DNA from: a virus
Virus record (IMG/VR): IMGVR_UViG_3300009085_000003
Coordinates: 1 to 64,000 of that record
Length of the DNA: 64,000 nucleotides
Reading direction: 5' to 3' (one strand)
Part shown: one piece after another, positions 62,909-64,000 of the stretch
Numbering within the stretch: position 1 is the stretch's first letter
Layout: every line of letters starts with the position of its first letter
Notes under the pieces: model-generated
What the model saw: only the letters and a program-made list of their open reading frames with translations
Told to the model about the DNA's origin: nothing
Databases searched by the model: none
Made by a program: the position numbers and the translations under genes

Positions 62909-63811
62909 TCAATCGCCCGGATATAGCAGGGGCGTCAAGTTGCCCTGCTTGCAGGCGTCGTACCAGATGCGGACAAAAGCCTTGACGATATCCGCCGGTA
63001 ACTCCAGCTCTGCAAACTCGCGCATATTGTAGCTCCAGACACCCGGCTGGCAAGCCATGGTGTTATCGTCCCGGACAAGCCACTTGCCTGCCGTGATGGA
63101 GCAACTGTATTGCACCGACTGGTCGAGACATGCTGGCAGGCTCTGGTTGCAGGCTTCGTTCTCAGCATAACTCAGGTTGTAAACGTACTCACCGAACAGG
63201 CTCTGGTAGTCTGGCTCCACATCGCAGTCCAGCTTATCTGTGACCACGTACAGGAAAATCGTGCGCAGGGACGGGAACTGGGTATAGGACGTCGACCACC
63301 CACAGGTATCCGCACCACTGCCCTCAACCTGTTCTGCTGGGCACGCTTTTCTGGGGCACTCATATTTGACCGGGGTCGGGGTCACAATCCATCCAGTCGG
63401 GGTGACCGTGGGGGTAAATTCCATGGTGGGGGTCGCAGTGAATTTAGGCGTGCTGGTCGGCGTAAACTCGGGAGTATTGGTAGCCGTAGGCTCTTTGGTG
63501 TTGGTGGCTGTGGGCTCCGGGGTATTGGTACTGGTGGGCTCGAGAGTCTTGGTGACCGTGGCGGTCTTGGTGACGGTTGGGGTGGCGGTATAGAGCCACT
63601 CGCATTTTCCGTTCTCAGACTCTGGGTTGAACGGGATACACGCCAGTCCGGGGCAACAGGGTTTGTCACTCTCGTTTATGGTGCACTCAGCGTGCTCATG
63701 CTTGCAGTCGGTACACTCCGCAGGCTGCGGTTGCGATATCAGCAGGGCAGCGACAACCACCAGAACAAGCACAACGAGAACATAGGGGGCAAGACGTAAC
63801 AGTTTATTCAT
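62909..63811 (-). CDS. exported Cys-rich protein with Pro/Thr linker
   Basis: Signal/TM segment, cystine-knot-like motif, (E/K)PTATNT-type repeats. Confidence 0.75.
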   Translation of the reverse strand: MNKLLRLAPYVLVVLVLVVVAALLISQPQPAECTDCKHEHAECTINESDKPCCPGLACIPFNPESENGKCEWLYTATPTVTKTATVTKTLEPTSTNTPEPTATNTKEPTATNTPEFTPTSTPKFTATPTMEFTPTVTPTGWIVTPTPVKYECPRKACPAEQVEGSGADTCGWSTSYTQFPSLRTIFLYVVTDKLDCDVEPDYQSLFGEYVYNLSYAENEACNQSLPACLDQSVQYSCSITAGKWLVRDDNTMACQPGVWSYNMREFAELELPADIVKAFVRIWYDACKQGNLTPLLYPGD

Positions 63812-64000
63812 GGGGCACACTCCTCGCCACTATTATACATCATAGTGCATCCAACGAGGTGACCCTGATGCGGTCTGCCAGATACACAACCCCGCGGGCA
63901 TGAACCTTGGGGCGTATGAGACCCGCTGCCTCGCACCTGACGATACGCCTATTCTCCCGACGTCGAAACATCTTGCTGAAAAAATCTTGCGCCTCCTCGA

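Noticed and set aside
1-64000. Prophage boundaries, integrase or alternative genetic code
   Set aside because: No integrase, att-like site or host genes recognised; genes tile densely under the standard code.

Overview
A 64 kb segment of a tailed dsDNA phage with siphovirus-type tail genes, mostly encoded on the minus strand. No terminase, integrase or host genes are visible. From right to left it contains: small early/DNA-metabolism genes (exonuclease, primase, DNA methyltransferase); portal; a ~14 kb block of putative virion-cargo genes headed by a 2707-aa MuF-like polyprotein; prohead protease/scaffold; major capsid; a glycosylation cassette; head-tail and tail genes; lysis genes; a plus-strand MoxR-VWA island; and a replication initiator/DnaB module with a tRNA-like RNA. 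The main discovery candidate is a ~21-aa Gly/His/Arg tag, K-GGxGSG(N/H)xGHxGxPGxxGGS. It occurs 12 times in 5 genes, always directly after a Lys and directly before an effector-like domain (ADP-ribosyltransferases, zincin peptidases, GNAT, JAB, HD, SAM-lyase-like). This suggests a modular, protease-processed capsid cargo or co-ejection system. Other notable items: a strand-biased ATTATCAAT 9-mer, a dispersed 18-bp operator-like motif, a +1 (or -2) tail-chaperone frameshift, attenuator-like leaders before the head and tail operons, and a secreted knottin-like protein. All family calls come from motif recognition by eye, not database searches.
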